64,000 bases of DNA, taken from assembly GCF_002105155.1 (NCBI RefSeq), contig NW_019029008.1, forward strand, positions 248,001 to 312,000, written 5' to 3'. The stretch's first letter is position 1. Each line of letters starts with the position of its first letter. The notes below the pieces were generated by a model that was not told the origin of the DNA, searched no databases, and saw only the letters and a program-made list of their open reading frames with translations. The position numbers and the translations under genes are program-made. Source of the stretch: Lobosporangium transversale (lineage: Eukaryota). Below, piece after piece: positions 10,561 through 23,219 of the stretch.

Positions 10561-12090
10561 TCATGATGCATCGTGCTGTTGCTGCTTCCGTGTTGCCTGC
10601 TGCGCCAAATAATTGGCGTGTGTGTTAGAGCCTGCCTTACGACATGAAAGTTCATGACGCTTCCAATAGTCCGCAATGCATTTTCGTTCCCCAAAACTTC
10701 CTTCTGGTTCCCATGTGTTGCCATGCGAGCCGAATCCTTTCCATTTTACGAGGTACCACCCCCCCCTCCTCCTCCTCATCAGACTCAGAGGTACGATGAT
10801 CGAGAATGTCTTCCACCTCGTAAAGATCGTTGTCATCGAGGTCATCCAACACTAACTTAAGTTGTGAAGGTGCATAATTGCGACCCAAGACTTCACCTGT
10901 GCCATCTCTAAGCACATAGGCGCCACCTGTGTTTCGACGGACAACAATGAAAGGACCTTCATATCTAGGAGTGAGTTTGTCACCCTGGATGGGATCGACT
11001 GCCATAACTTTAGCGCCGTCAGGAAATTCATTGTGCACAATCGTCTTGTTAAAACGATCATTCATTTTCTGCTGTGTAGACCTAGCTTTCACATCAATAG
11101 CGAAGACAACCTCAGATATGTATCTAAGATGCTCCTCGAGCTCGCTTTGGGATAAAGGCTCACCTGCTTCATCAGATAGTTGATGTAGACCACTGAAACG
11201 TCGTGCAAAGAATAGAGAAAAAGGTGATGAGTTGTGTACCGCAACGATCCTAGTGTTCAATGCAAGCTGCACCATTGGAGCATGGTCATCTCAGGTATGC
11301 TTTATTCCTTGATCGTTTTTCTGATAAGCCCCATCGTTGCTTTAACGTAGTTCTCAGCGACACCATTGCCTCTTGGATGATAAGGAGTGGACAGTCTATG
11401 CTGTGTGCCCATTAATCTAGTCATCTCTCTAAGACCCTCGTTGATAAATTCTTTTCCATTGCCTGACTGCAAAATGAGTGGAAAGCCAATGATGGTAAAG
11501 ATATTGAATAACGCCTTCGCTATCGTTTGTGCTGCCCTGTCCTTTATTGGTACCACGAACACAAACCGGGTACAAACGTCAACCAAGACTATAAGTCTAA
11601 TATTGTCGTTCTTAGTGCCAGGGAGTTGGCCAACGAGATCAACTGCCATATGATCTCCAGATAGTTGAGCATGGATTGCCTTCATAGGGTGGTATCCCTT
11701 GCATTCTATGCTAACTCTTTGACACTCGCGGCATCGTTTAACATAGGCAAGACAGTCTTTGGCTAAATTAGGCTAAGTCTTCTGAAGCGAATGAATGTAA
11801 TTCACCATGGCATTCGTGCCTGAATGGGACATGTCATGTGCTTCCTTCAATACATCGACTCGCTTGTCTTCATGCACAACGTCTTTAGGATTCTCTTCAC
11901 CTTGCAGCATATGCATGTATCCATAGACTTTCTCATTACTACTAGACGGTGAGCGACTTGTCCACAGTTCTTGAAGGAACTGACGAGACAGAGCGTCTGA
12001 TAAAACATTAAGCGCACCTGGTCTGTAGACAACTTTGAATGTGTATGAGCTGATGATTTCTTGCCAGCCAGTCAACATCGAATTCAAGTG
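10561..12090 (-). mobile_element. Degenerate Ty3/gypsy (chromovirus-type) LTR retrotransposon pol fragment: RNase H C-end, integrase, chromodomain
   Basis: RNase H end WQEIISSYTFKVVYRPGALNVLSDALSR; integrase HHCC EAHDMSHSG...CRECQ; rve core AVDL...LSTPYHPRGNGVAE; GPY/F motif KLTPRYEGPF; chromodomain YEVEDILDHR...YLVKWKGF...NTWEP. Defects: TAG at 11773, frameshift near 11300, TGA at 11291-11293, frameshift near 10760, and SDNG changed to SGNG. Confidence 0.92.
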
Positions 12091-12174
12091 CTCAATCACA
12101 CCGTGTACGTTCGGATCATCCTTCATTTTTATTCTACATATTATGCATTCATTCATTCATATTTTTCTTTCCCT

Positions 12175-13636
12175 CTAATTAGGCACAGGTGTGTCCATAA
12201 TATTGGGTAGGGCAGGCGCTGCTGTCGCAGCTGTTGGACTGACACTGGTGCTTGTTTCGGTTGAAGGCAAGGACTTTGCTACCATGGCCGTCATCAATGC
12301 TGGAAGGTATTCCTCGCAGAAGGATGAAAAATAGAACTATGAAGAGAACAATAAACGTAACTTGTTAGTTTCTCTTTGATGAGGCATAATTGTAAAAACA
12401 AAAACAAACGAAAAAACAAAAAAAAAAAAAAAAAAAAAAAAAAAGCCAGCATACCTCATGCTTGCTGCTATGTTCACTGACGAAATTGTGCGCCAACTCA
12501 TGGGCCATCGTGAAGAACCAGTAAATAAGTCCGACATCCCTAGAACTAACAGTCTTTCCTTGTACCTGCTTCGGGGTCAATCCAGCCCCATCATCGTGTC
12601 CTAAGGCTACAAAGTATCTCCAGTTGAAGAACAAAGCCCCTCCACGATTGAAAGCAATGGCTTGACCATCGGGATCGTAGTAGACATGCATCGTCTCAGG
12701 CACAAGCCCAAAGACGTCCTGTGCCAACACCATTAACAGCCTCACGAACCGAGCTAATGATTTGAGGTTGTCTTTGGTCATGATCTCATCAGCATCACAG
12801 CTTTTATCCAGATAAAACTCGAGTTCACCAGCATGGCCTACAAAACTAAGTTGATGACCTGGTTTGACATCACAATATGAATTCGTCAACACTTCTGACA
12901 CTTGCGACGCTGTTGGTTCACTCGCAATATCGTCCCGGCCATTCGATCGACAGTTTCGAATCGCTTTCTGGAGAGATTGCTGCAAGTTCTCTTGGTAGTC
13001 AGGGGTGAAGCTCTTGATGACAGAGTTGGTAGTCGGCGCTGTCGATGTAACCGATGTTCGCTTGATGTCTGAGGACTTATCTGAACCAGAAGGTGTGATC
13101 CCAGTCAATGTATCCTGACTAATTGGCCTTCCAATCACAGAGTCTCTGATACTCTTCAAGCGACTAAAAAATGACCCTCCTCCACCAGAACCTGATGGCG
13201 ATGGTAAACTTGCTTTTGCAGGCGGTGCGGGAGGTAGCGTAGAGATGGTGGAGACATTGCTATTATCCTGTGATGGAAAGGATCCCGGTACATGTGCAGG
13301 AGCTGGCACCTGACTGGACCTATTCTTACCTCCTTCAATACGAGGATATCCAGAGTCCAGCAACTTCATGGTAACACGCTGAACATGGTCCTGGTTCTCT
13401 TTGGAAAGTGCATCCATCAAATAGGCAGGGTCGCAATCTGGGAAAACATCCTTTAACTGTGCAAGGTACTCTGCCATTTTCTTAGGCCCAGGAGCACTGT
13501 TAGCTGCCTGCGCAGCAGCGGCAGCATCAGCCTTGGCGGCTGCTTCAATTCTAGCTTGCTCAGCCTTTTTTGCATTCAGAATTCGATCCACTTGGAATCC
13601 CTAAATGAGAATAAAGCCATAAGGTATTGATGTTAG

Positions 13637-13670
<34 letters not shown>

Positions 13671-16600
13671 GGATATTGACATAGTAATATATAGTGTTGA
13701 GCTGAAAGTGTGAATCAAATGTTGTCTATTTGCATTACCTTGCGCTTCAAATTCAATAAGCTAGTAAAGAGCAGGTTCGACCACCAAATCGAATCGTTCA
13801 ACTTTTTCTTTTTCAGCAACAGCTTTGCCAAGGCATCAGCAATATCAAAGTAATCCATATCACCCTTTGCAGTGACAAGTAGGTAGTAAGCTTTAGCTTG
13901 GTCTTGGACGACACATGCTGTAGTTGACTCGATATGTGTTGCACCAGTAGGGACAAACTCCCGTCGCAGTTGAATTTCGGGTACCTGGCGCACCTTGAGC
14001 TTGGTAGTCAACCAGTCCAAATCAAAATTCAATCGATTAGGCGGATGGTCACTCAAAAGTAATGGTGCACGCTCAACAATTAATTCCTGCAGGCTCTGTG
14101 ACCTCCGTGTCACTGCTAATGCCCCCTGCGGACGACAATTCTCCTTGACCTGTTTCGAGATCCAAGTGCTGCCCAGTGATTCGTAGAGTGTTTCCAAAAG
14201 ACTCTCCATAGGAGCACTGAGAGGCGTAAAGATCTGCTGAAGGACAGTGTCATCAATCAAGTAGATGTCGCAAGCTCTTGCAAGCTTGTACTGAACAACA
14301 ACTTGCCCCAAGCTAGCAATAGATGAATCACCTGTATCATCAGCTCCTCCTGTCTTATCGCCCGCAGTAGCTGTTGACGAACTTTCTTCCTCCAAATCCT
14401 GGTTAATCCGTCTCTCACCCAACAAAAATGGTGCACTGACCATCTCTTTGACTAGGGTCTTATTTGTCCGAATGACATGCATATGAGACGCAATCTGACG
14501 TAGGATTGACTTGTAATTCTCGACACCTCCGTTCCTGTTTAGGAAATCTTGTGGAGAACGAACAACAAGCTGTGTCAGCTCCATTGGGGTGGGTTCCTCC
14601 TTGACACCGCACGACTTGAGAAAAAGGTTCGCAGCCCGACCAAAATCAACTGTAGTAAGCAAATCTGGATGGAATGCAGAGTCTTTCTTATAGAAATAAC
14701 AGGCCTGAGGCTCCGTAAAAGACTTTCCGGAGTCATCCAGAGGAATAAACTTCATACCGCGGAGAGTAAGCCAGTGATGGTGGCTAAACTCACCTTGGAA
14801 TTTACCCAAGAATTCAAATATTTGCCGTGCCTTCTCTTTAGTAGGTGGAGGAGAAGTCTCTAGTTTCTCAATCAACTTTAGTGCAGGAGGATTCTCTCGG
14901 ATCCGAAGCATAGCTGCGTGTACCCGCAAATCTTCACGTAACACAGGAAAGCCCATAACACTGCATGCAGCGTTCCAGTAGCATCCCTAGTCAGAAATAA
15001 TGAGTGTATACTTAGTCAATTGAGGCTTGCTCATCACTTTCATACACAAACATATGCCCGTAAGAATAAACAGCATGTATAGCATACCTCTGGTGTTTCC
15101 ATTTTGTTATCCACAGTTGGCAAGAATGCGACTTTGACGTTCTTAGGGTTGTAGTAAGGTGCATAGAGGGTCTTGAAATGCTCGAGCAAATACTGCAGAG
15201 CCTTGACTTGAACTGTCTGTTCAGATGGAGGTGCAGCCAACGTAAGTAAAACATCCAATGACGGATGTGTTAGTAATCCCAGCTCCAACAGAAGCTTAGC
15301 CTCATCTGACGTCGATCTCCACCGACCCTATAGAAGACAAATAATGAGTAATTTTAGTACATGGCCTGTCTAAAATGGGGCTTTTTTTTTTTTTTTTTTT
15401 TTTTTTAACTGTCGTCATTCGAAATGATTTCACACGCGACAAATACCTTCCACTCAATGACAGGCAAGCCCAGGGCTATGTGGTCATCTGTAGGGACATA
15501 GAGCGTACTGGCAGCGTAACGCTTAATAGGCAGCGGTGGAGGGCCGGTATTGGGCACTTTTCCTGAGGCTGCACCAGTGGTGGCGGCGCTTCCTTCTTTA
15601 TCTTTCGGTGGAGCGGGTGGAGGTAATGTTGGAGCAGCCTTGTTCTTTTCAAAGTTTTCTCTAGGGAAAATCGGAGTGGCCTTGAGACGCTTCATCTCAT
15701 TCGGTGAGAGAGTTTCTCTTACAGAAGTGAGGTACTTGACCAGCTGCATATGATCCCAACTTCCTGCATTCACAAGTCGGTCAAACACCAGTTGCAGCTC
15801 AACGCTCTAGTTGAATTGAAGGATAATATATTCAGTAATGTGTTAGTACCAACCTGGGCTGATGTAGTCGTTTTGATTCATGGACGAAATAGACACAAGT
15901 GAGTTTATGGTTACCTTTCTGGCACCCATGGTCAACAACAATTTCTCAAGCGGCTGCTTTGTAAATACCATGACAGGCAGATCCGGGAATAATGTCACGG
16001 TTTTGAAGTAAGATTCGTTTGGAAGTTTCATACCATACTTGGTAGGGATACATGTCTTCTGCACCAACATGGCCACAATAGCCTTTTGTTGATTCTCATG
16101 TAACTGACCCCACCCGCGTGACAAGACATGAAGGACCTTTTCTGCAAATACAGGTGACGCCACAAACTCTGGATCGTTCACAATAAATTTCGTCCACTCA
16201 ATGAGATTGAGCTCCTGCCAAGTACCAGATATTCTGTAGAGTTCCGGCTGTGTAAATGTCTTTGTGATGTCATATGGGATGGTATTAGGCGGTAGAGGCA
16301 TATCAATCGGCGTCACTTTTGGATTGACGAACCACTTTAGTGTCGAGAGTGGCTTTACTGTGTCACCTGAACAAACAAGTGCCAGTTGGAAAAATGAGTC
16401 GACATCCCCATCTGAAAGAGTGTGCCTGCCTTGATAGTTGATCCACCATTTCAGCATAGCAGTCATTTGCTCCACTGTCAGCGTTCGGTTCTCGAGCTCA
16501 GTAAGGACGTCTTTGAATGAAATTCTCTTTACTTTTCCTTGTTTCTCCAATTTTTCAATATATTTTTGACTTCCAGTATACAAACTTGAGGGGATAGTTG

Positions 16601-17979
16601 GAAGTTGCTTCAAAAATGCTGACATGGCCGGATCAGGAATACGGATCTTATCGAGCTCCTTAACACCATGAGAAGAAAGAATCGAGAGGGCAGCGGTTGA
16701 CATCCTAAAGAAATAGCCTTCAATGTAGTGAGAGACCTGGGGACTAGGTGTGCTTTGGTGGTATTCAAATGCTTGCAATGCATGGAGTGCTCGCTTCTCC
16801 AACCATTCCCGTGCTGTTGCACTAACTTGATCATCAGGCTGATCCATGTTTTGATGTGCCAGGATCATTTCATTGTAAAGATGGCCAATCTGAGCGAGTT
16901 CGTCTTCATAGATAGCCCTTGAAAGCAATCCGGCCATGCATAAAAGCTCGTGATTCCAGACTTGAAGGCATTTGTCGACAAAATCCAAGCTCTCGCGTTC
17001 GACCGTTGGAATGAATCGACCCGCAACGTGGCTGCAGAACCCAGTTGTTTGATGTGTTGGAAAACCAATAAAGATTCTGCCCTGTTCCGGAAATGGCACT
17101 AGGTCTTTAAATATTGACTTGTTTTCTGTAGAAGCCTGTTTCTCATCATGTCCGACATAGAGAATCTGAATGGCCGTTTGAGCTGGAGGATATTTCTTAG
17201 TTGTGCGCTCCATCTCTGCAGCGAATTTTTTGGATACATTAACATCCATATGCCCAGATGCTGTTTTGAGAAAGATAGTTGTGACAGTTGTAGTTACTTC
17301 GCGAGTCCATCTTGAGACCTCCATCCTAGTCGCATCCATCTGCACGCTTTGGAGCTCAACGGACTTTAGTGTAAATATCTTTTCCGGAGATGTTTTATAC
17401 ATGGACTTTGAAAGTGTCATTGGACGGGGTTCGCGCATTCTTTTAGTGATGTTCAAGAGTCGATGGTGGTCCAGATATACAGTTATTTCTCGTAGGTTTC
17501 CTGTGAACCCAAGAGATCGCGCCAGGAAAGGAGCAAACTCATCCATGTCTAACATGTCTATGGGCTCACGCAGATCAAGTAGAAAAGTCGTCCAACCATC
17601 CTTCTGTAAATCTTCCTCTGGAATCTGAGCTCTTTTGGCATACAGCTGATCATTTCTCCAGTAAAAAGCCATACATTCCTTTCCAGACGATACACTATAG
17701 TTGGGAAACAAGGGCACTGTAGTTAGAACAGGAATATATGCACATGAGGATAATTCATTTAGCAGCATACTGTCTACATGGATACTTACAAAGGCTCCTC
17801 ACAGATGGAAAACAGTGAGTACTGCTCATATTATTAGCACAAGAAAAGAAAGAAAAAAAAAAAAAAAGATCCAGTTAATCCAAATGCGTTGATAGATATA
17901 AACTCGAGTGACCCAAATGCCTATCTTTGTAACTTACGAATCCGACACCAAAAGCACCGATCTAGATCGTAGACAATAG

Positions 17980-18014
<35 letters not shown>

Positions 18015-18759
18015 TTGTTAGGACCTAAAAAGAAGAAGCTGAAAATAAAAGGTTTGTATTATATATATATATATAATTCTTGATACCTTGGATTCATCAG
18101 GATTTCCTTCCGCAATCTTTTTCAGCCGATTCCAATCTTCTGGTCGGAAATCCATGCCATTGTTTTTGAACAAGACTCGTGTAATCTTTGAGTTCAAATT
18201 CGGGGCTGTTTCGTGACGACCAGGCGACCCAGTTTCAAAAACAATTTCTATTCCTTTAGCTCCAGCGTCATCTACGGGGGACAATTGATAAGGTAAGGAG
18301 AGAGAGAGAGAGGAAAAGAAGAAAAGAAAAAAGAATCAGTAAAGATAAGCAAATAGAAAAGGTAACATTATGTCATGACATTTGAACGGAGAAGTCATAT
18401 AGTATAATATGTACCAGAGTTCTGCATGAGTTCGCGGTAAACTACATATTCAGCAGAGTATCTAAAATTAAGAGGATCGATGGTTAGTTTCCTTTGGAAA
18501 TATCTTTGTTAATCTCCTCGTGACCCCAACTGATACACCCATTAACCGACTACCATGCAGGCCACGTCATCTTTGCCAAGTGTTTGATTTGATTTTTTTT
18601 TTTCGTTAGATCACTTCAGATCAAACACAAATACATACACGCAGCGCTTTTTTCATGACATAAAAAATAATACGAAACAAATAAAAACGAACCTTGCCAA
18701 GATTTTGTCAATGAGATGCCGTTGGTTGACTAGGATATGATAGATAGTAAAGAACAGCG

Positions 18760-18792
<33 letters not shown>

Positions 18793-18940
18793 TCAGTTTG
18801 TTCTGAACATCTTTTTATTGTTCTTTACTTTTTATTTCAGTAAGAAAATGAGCTTTCTAACCTTCAACCCGCTCTTCTGATCCAGTGTGAGAAAGCACCT
18901 GTGAGCGCAATGCATCCAAGGCAGATTTCTTTGAAGTCAT
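12175..18940 (-). CDS. Large multi-exon protein with N-terminal GHKL/HATPase (sacsin-like) domain, DUF3684-like body, CUE-like domain and C-terminal HExxH motif
   Basis: Spliced N-terminus VNQRHLIDKILARYSAEYVVYRELMQNSDDAGA...FKNNGMDF...IAEGNPDESKIGAFGVGFYSLFS (GHKL motifs). CUE-like LAQLKDVFPDCDPAYLMDAL; AIAFNRGGALFFN...TMAHELAHN. ATG at 18940, stop at 12175. Confidence 0.8.
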
Positions 18941-19633
18941 GTTTGGTCTGTGTGTAGTGAGATTGAGAGGATATGGGAATATGAGAACTTATAAGAGAAC
19001 TGAAGGAAAAAAAAAAAAAAAAAAAAAAAAAAAGAATGTGGGCGATGTATGTAGTGTGGTGCAGTGCAGTGGAGTGTAGTCTAATGTAGTCCTGTACAAA
19101 AAAAGTCTAAAGAGGAATGAGAAACCGGATGAATGAATTTAAAAGAAGAAGAAGAAAAAAAAAGAAATTAAGTGACAGGATGATGCAATGGGGGTTTTTT
19201 TTCTGTCTGTCTCCCCTGAGTCTGAGTGGTCCCTGTGCCCTGTGATACAAGGGTATTGCCACCAAATTTGTAACAACACATCTAGAAAAAGTAAAAAGTA
19301 AAAAGAAAAAACATCGGGCTTGGCCCATTGGGCTAAATCCAGTCTGACGAGTTATTAGCCATTAGTAAGACGCTAATGCGCTAATACGCTAGTCTGTGAA
19401 AATGCTCCCAAACCATTGCCTGACAAAGATGTATACAACAGAACAGACATGACAAGTTTGCTGCGCTACAGCACATGACATGGCACAGTTGTCCGTCAAC
19501 TCAGGATGACGCATTGGACAATCCTCGTCAATTGAAAAGGGGCTCAGCTGCATTTAAAGTATCCTCTTCTAGTCTTTTTCTTTCTCACTTTTTTTTTTAT
19601 TTTTTTTTGTTCTATTCTGCTTTTGCATAACAA

Positions 19634-20899
19634 ATGACCATCAACATTGAGGAACGTGAGACTTTGTCCACTCTCATTCTCACCATCACAAAGAGTGGTG
19701 ACCTCTATCTCGATCCTACTCAAGTGAAGGTGTGAAAACATTAAACAAAAAAAAAACAATTCCTTCACTCCCCCTTTTGAATGAATAGAATGCATGTAAT
19801 GCAAATTCACTTCAAGAATGAGGGAGTGAAGGGGAAGGAAGGGGGACATGCTCGTTTGACACCATCATAGTCGTTTGACATATCCTTTCTATCCATTTTT
19901 CCATCCAATCCCTCTCACCCTCTCCCTCACCCTCTCTCTCTTATCTTTTTGTAAACATATCACTCACTTTTAACAACTCCATCATTTGACACCAACGTTT
20001 AGCAAGTGAAGAAGATTTGCAAAAAATCAGATACAAATGTCAGGATTGCCTATGAGTTATTGATGATCCAGCTTCAACGCAAGCATGCTCAGGTATACTT
20101 TATAATACAATCTTTACTGTCTGCCTTCATATCTGTGCCTGTTTACTACAACATCTAGTCATAATGGCATTATAACATACTTTTTTTTTCCCCCTTTTTC
20201 TAATAAAGATCCGCTTTTCAAGTACACAACTCATTGCGGAGCTATTTCAACGATCTCATGTCTTTCGTGAGTTATTGGTCGCAGATTATTCTATCTTTCT
20301 GCAGTTGACAGTTGGTATCCATCAGAATCCACTTCCTCCTCCAGTTTTGTTCGCCAACAAGACCAAGCAATTGGCTATCTCGCTCACAAACGAATGGAAT
20401 GCAAAATATGGATCCGTTTATAAACAGGTAACAAAAGAAAAAAAAAAAACATGTTTATTTTTTATCATAGATATAAAGGCGATTAAGAAAAAAACAAACA
20501 AGTAATAAACTGCTGGGGTTTTTTCTTTTTTTTTTTTCTTTTCTTTTCTTTTCTTTTCTTTTCATTTCTTTTTCATTTTCGATGAATTTTTCTAGATTGC
20601 ATTGGGATATGACTTCTTAAAATATCACCTCAAGGTCGATTTTACAAACCTCGTTCCCGTGACAGATGAGGCTCGAAGTGCAGAGCAAAGAGCACAAGAA
20701 GAGATGACTCGACGGCTTCGTCAAAAGAAATATGAAAAGGCTGCTGCGGAAATGGAAGAAAAAGCGGAGGATATTCAGGACAATATAAGAAAGATGGCAT
20801 GTGTCGGAAGAAATCAAAAAAAAAAAAAAAAAAAAAAAAAAAATAGTATCGCGTGGAAACCATTTCATGAACTACAACAATATATCCCTATACCTAATA

Positions 20900-20940
<41 letters not shown>

Positions 20941-21501
20941 ATAGAACTCTTGTTTTGAAATCCTAGTACCAAAACTAGACGACGAGGCTGCTCTAAATGC
21001 AATTTTCAACGTCCCTACGACCGAAAAGGATATTTCAACAACAGTAAACACGGCAGAGACAGAAACGACACATAATGACGATGACGATGATAATAGAAAT
21101 GAAGATCAGGCAATAGAGAGCGATAATGATGAAGAGATACTTCGGCATGACCCTCTCGGTGTACATGAAAATGCATTAGGATCCAATCGATACAAATTGA
21201 CCATTACCCTGAACAAGGACAACCCTGTAGATGTTGTGGAATCTGAAGACAATCGAGAAGTCTTTAGTACACTACGAGAATGCTATCGTTTAGTTGTCAA
21301 GAAGCATTGGCCCTTGGTCATGGACTGGCTAGACATCTTGATGAAAGCCGATCGGGAAGCATGCGAGCCAAAAACCGAATATGACCGACTGCTCAGGCTG
21401 GCTATTGATCTTAAAAAAAGTGTAGCAGATGCGAAGAGCAAGAGTGAGGATTTAGGTGTCAATATGGACACTATGTATGGTAATGAAACAAAAGGGAAAA
21501 G

Positions 21502-21537
<36 letters not shown>

Positions 21538-22928
21538 AGACTGAAAGCAAACCGAAGCATTGAAACCGATACTGACTGTTATCTTTTATATGCGTGTGTT
21601 TTTAGGACCGAATGATCATGACTCTGATGAAGATAATGAAGAGTTTGAAGAGGTAGATATCTTGGCCTCTCGTAATGATAAGAAGAAAGGAAAGCAACCA
21701 AAGAGGAATACTCAACCAAGCCAGCCCAAGAAACCAAGAAATGCAGTCTTTGCGATGCAGGGTGAGGATATTTTAAAAGACGATCCAACTTATGCTGGAG
21801 GCACCCGGGTGGTGTCTCGAAGGCAGGAACAAGAGTCTATTGAGGACTCCTCAAGGGCTACCAGCGAGGTATCAACTCCACCAATAGACGATGCTGATGC
21901 AACAAGACAAGGTACAGATGTATATTTAAAAATAAAAAATAAAAAAGCTTCATGTGTTGCTTCAATTAGCTAATTATTAACTAACATCTGGTCTTAATGA
22001 CTTGCTAAAATAAAAAATAACAGAGCTATTGGCGAGAGCACCAGTTGTGCCGTGGGATGATGATTTGGCAGTATGGGACAAAAAGGAAATGGCATTCAAC
22101 ACTTCAGGACTTGAGCGCTCGCATCGATTCCTCGGAGTGGGCGATGGGAGTAACATGGTATCGGATGCTACTTTGGAGCGTATGAAGATGCGTACACGTA
22201 TTTATAGTCCCCAACTGCCCAAAGTCATCAAGGTAAAGCGCTTTTATAGTCTTTTTTCTTTTCTTTTTTTTTTTTTTTTTTTTTTTTAGGAAAAAAAAAA
22301 AAAAAAAAAAAAAAAAAATGTTACTACAACACTCTTCTATTATTGCAATGAATTAATCACTCTTTTATAGGCATGTCGCTATCCCATGAGCAATGGACGG
22401 CTTTGCATGAGACGAGACCTGGTGCGATGTCCATATCATGGTCCTATCGTCCCTCGAGATGAGTATGGTCAAATTCAACGATTAACTGAGGATGGTAGAT
22501 ACGTACCGGTGGAAGAAGAGGACAAGGGACTGGACGATGCTCAAGAAGCCGCACTGATCGATAGAGCTATTGCAGCAGCATCCGGCTCATCGTCCTCGCT
22601 AAGGTCATCTGCTACTCGATCGACTTCAAAGGCGATAATAAAAGACCAATCGAGTTGGGAAGATATTGAAGACGATGTCCATCTCGCCTTGGGTCTTGAG
22701 AAGATTGAACCAAAACGCAAACGAGGTCAGGGTGGCTCGAATGAGAATAAGAAGAAGAATAAAAAGCCTGCATCGGCCCTAGTCAATATCACAAAACCCC
22801 CAGAGTCTTCGAGGGCTCGGCTTTTGAGACATGTAGGAAGCAAATCAAGCAGAGACTCTGTAGAACAGGATCGACAAATGGAGAAGACAAGCCAATCAAA
22901 AGACACACGCCTCAATCGCTGGAGATAG
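19634..22928 (+). CDS. UVSSA: UV-stimulated scaffold protein A homologue (multi-exon)
   Basis: VHS-like N-terminus (TITKSG...KKICKKS...AYELLMIQL...HAQIR...ELFQRSHVFRELLV...PLPPP...WNAKYG...IALGYDFLK...KVDF) and C-terminal zinc finger CRYPMSNGRLCMRRDLVRCPYHGPIVPRD match the animal/plant UVSSA pattern. Confidence 0.88.
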
Positions 22929-23219
22929 AGATAGATTTCCCACAAAGCCGCTCATTATTTATTTAATTTTAATTCAAAAGAAAATAAACATTTGTTTGTG
23001 TGTAATTAGGTTTGTCCCAAAAGTCGAAAACCTAGAGTTCATGGCTGTTGCTTCAGCGACGTGTCGTGTTCATTCAATTTCATTTACCCATTCCCATTCC
23101 CACTTTTCTCACTTTTCAACTTTTTCACTTTCTCACACTTCTCACTTCTCACTTCTCACTTCTCTCACGTACATCTTTAGCTGCTTCATCCATTTTATCA
23201 AGTTTCCTGTTGTTTCCTC

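Noticed and set aside
10561..12090. RIP-like hypermutation of the retroelement
   Set aside because: Only two Trp-to-stop changes in different dinucleotide contexts, and the nearby near-identical CRN arms show no C-to-T sweep.
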